A DNA stretch of 64,000 nt from Azolla caroliniana (Eukaryota; Plantae; Polypodiophyta): the NCBI GenBank assembly GCA_043228905.1, contig JBHGNT010000013.1:5828001-5892000 (forward strand), in the 5' to 3' direction. Below the pieces are notes generated by a model. It was not told where the DNA came from and did not search any database. It was given only the letters and a program-made list of their open reading frames with translations. Positions within the stretch are counted from its first letter, which is position 1. Every line of letters begins with the position of its first letter. Position numbers and translations under genes: made by a program. This document shows positions 63,303-64,000 of this stretch, piece by piece.

Positions 63303-63811
63303 GGAGAGAAGGACCTATCCGGCCGAAACCCAAATGACACTCGAAGAACCGGCCGGATTCGAAGCAGAAACCTGTCGAGAAACCGTTTGTTGTCCGTGGG
63401 CTAAAAATGTAATATTGTTTGGGATTCGCATATGTAATATCTAAAACCCCTAACGCAAAGTAGGTAAACAAATATAATCAAGAAGGAAGTTGAGTCACAC
63501 GCAGCCAAAAACAAAGGACAGTGAGAGCGTGCGCCGAAGACAGGCTATATAAGGAGGAGAGAAGGACTTATCCGGCCGAAACCCAAATGACACTCGAAGA
63601 ACCGGCTGGATTCGAAGAAGAAACCTGTCGAGAAACCGTTTGTTGTCCATGGGCTAAAAATGTAATATTGTTTGGGATTCGTATATGTAATATCTAAAAC
63701 CTCTAACGCAAAGTAGGTAAAAGTAGGTAAACAAATATAATCAAGAAGGAAGCCGAGTCACATGCAGCCAAAAACAAAGGATAGTAAGAGCGTGCGCCGA
63801 AGACAGGCTAT
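63303..63811. repeat. 2 x ~255-bp tandem duplication
   Basis: GGAGAGAAGGAC.TATCCGGCCGAAACCCAAATGAC...GCCGAAGACAGGCTATA at ~63303 and ~63556. Confidence 0.88.
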
Positions 63812-64000
63812 AATACAATTAGAGTTGGGTTTTAAGTTGTGCCTCCTTTCGATTTCGTAACTAGACAGTGTTATCTCTTCCATTATTATTTACTAGCGCT
63901 ATGATTAACCCGTGAACGTTCATAACCTTTACGTTTCGGAAAGACAGTTTGGGGACTACTCGTACCACACCTTCCCGCCGCACAGAGCGCACCGAGGAAA

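Overview
Eukaryotic heterochromatin, most likely from a seed-free land plant such as a moss (inference from element types, plant tRNA primer sites and CG/CHG-type C>T decay). No host gene is recognisable; the window is a stack of nested transposons in a degenerate AT-rich background repeat. Nest 1: decayed Ty1/copia A (<1..24336, -) holds a tRNA-Trp-primed non-autonomous gypsy-like element G (1549..22676, 4-bp TSD). G holds an endonuclease-less Penelope-like element (5637..14920) flanked by a 1436-bp duplication of G, plus two young copia elements (6403..11758 inside the Penelope-like element; 15602..20952 with an intact ORF). Nest 2: copia B (33696..50386) holds copia D, which holds copia E. 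Also present: a 2.7-kb non-coding LTR element whose inner ends are mutually complementary (50916..53601) and decayed copia F (57624..63259). Best candidate for a new system: an 8.65-kb TIR-bounded DNA transposon (24413..33061). It carries a Sola-like DDD transposase with a C-terminal beta-barrel domain, a divergent intron-containing gene fusing a ParB/Srx-like domain to a beta-class N6A/N4C amino-methyltransferase (DIPY motif), and about 20 palindromic 23-bp sites between the two genes. The Penelope-like element also shows a textbook -1 frameshift signal and a decayed hammerhead ribozyme. All identity figures are manual counts; no database searches were run, so novelty is untested.
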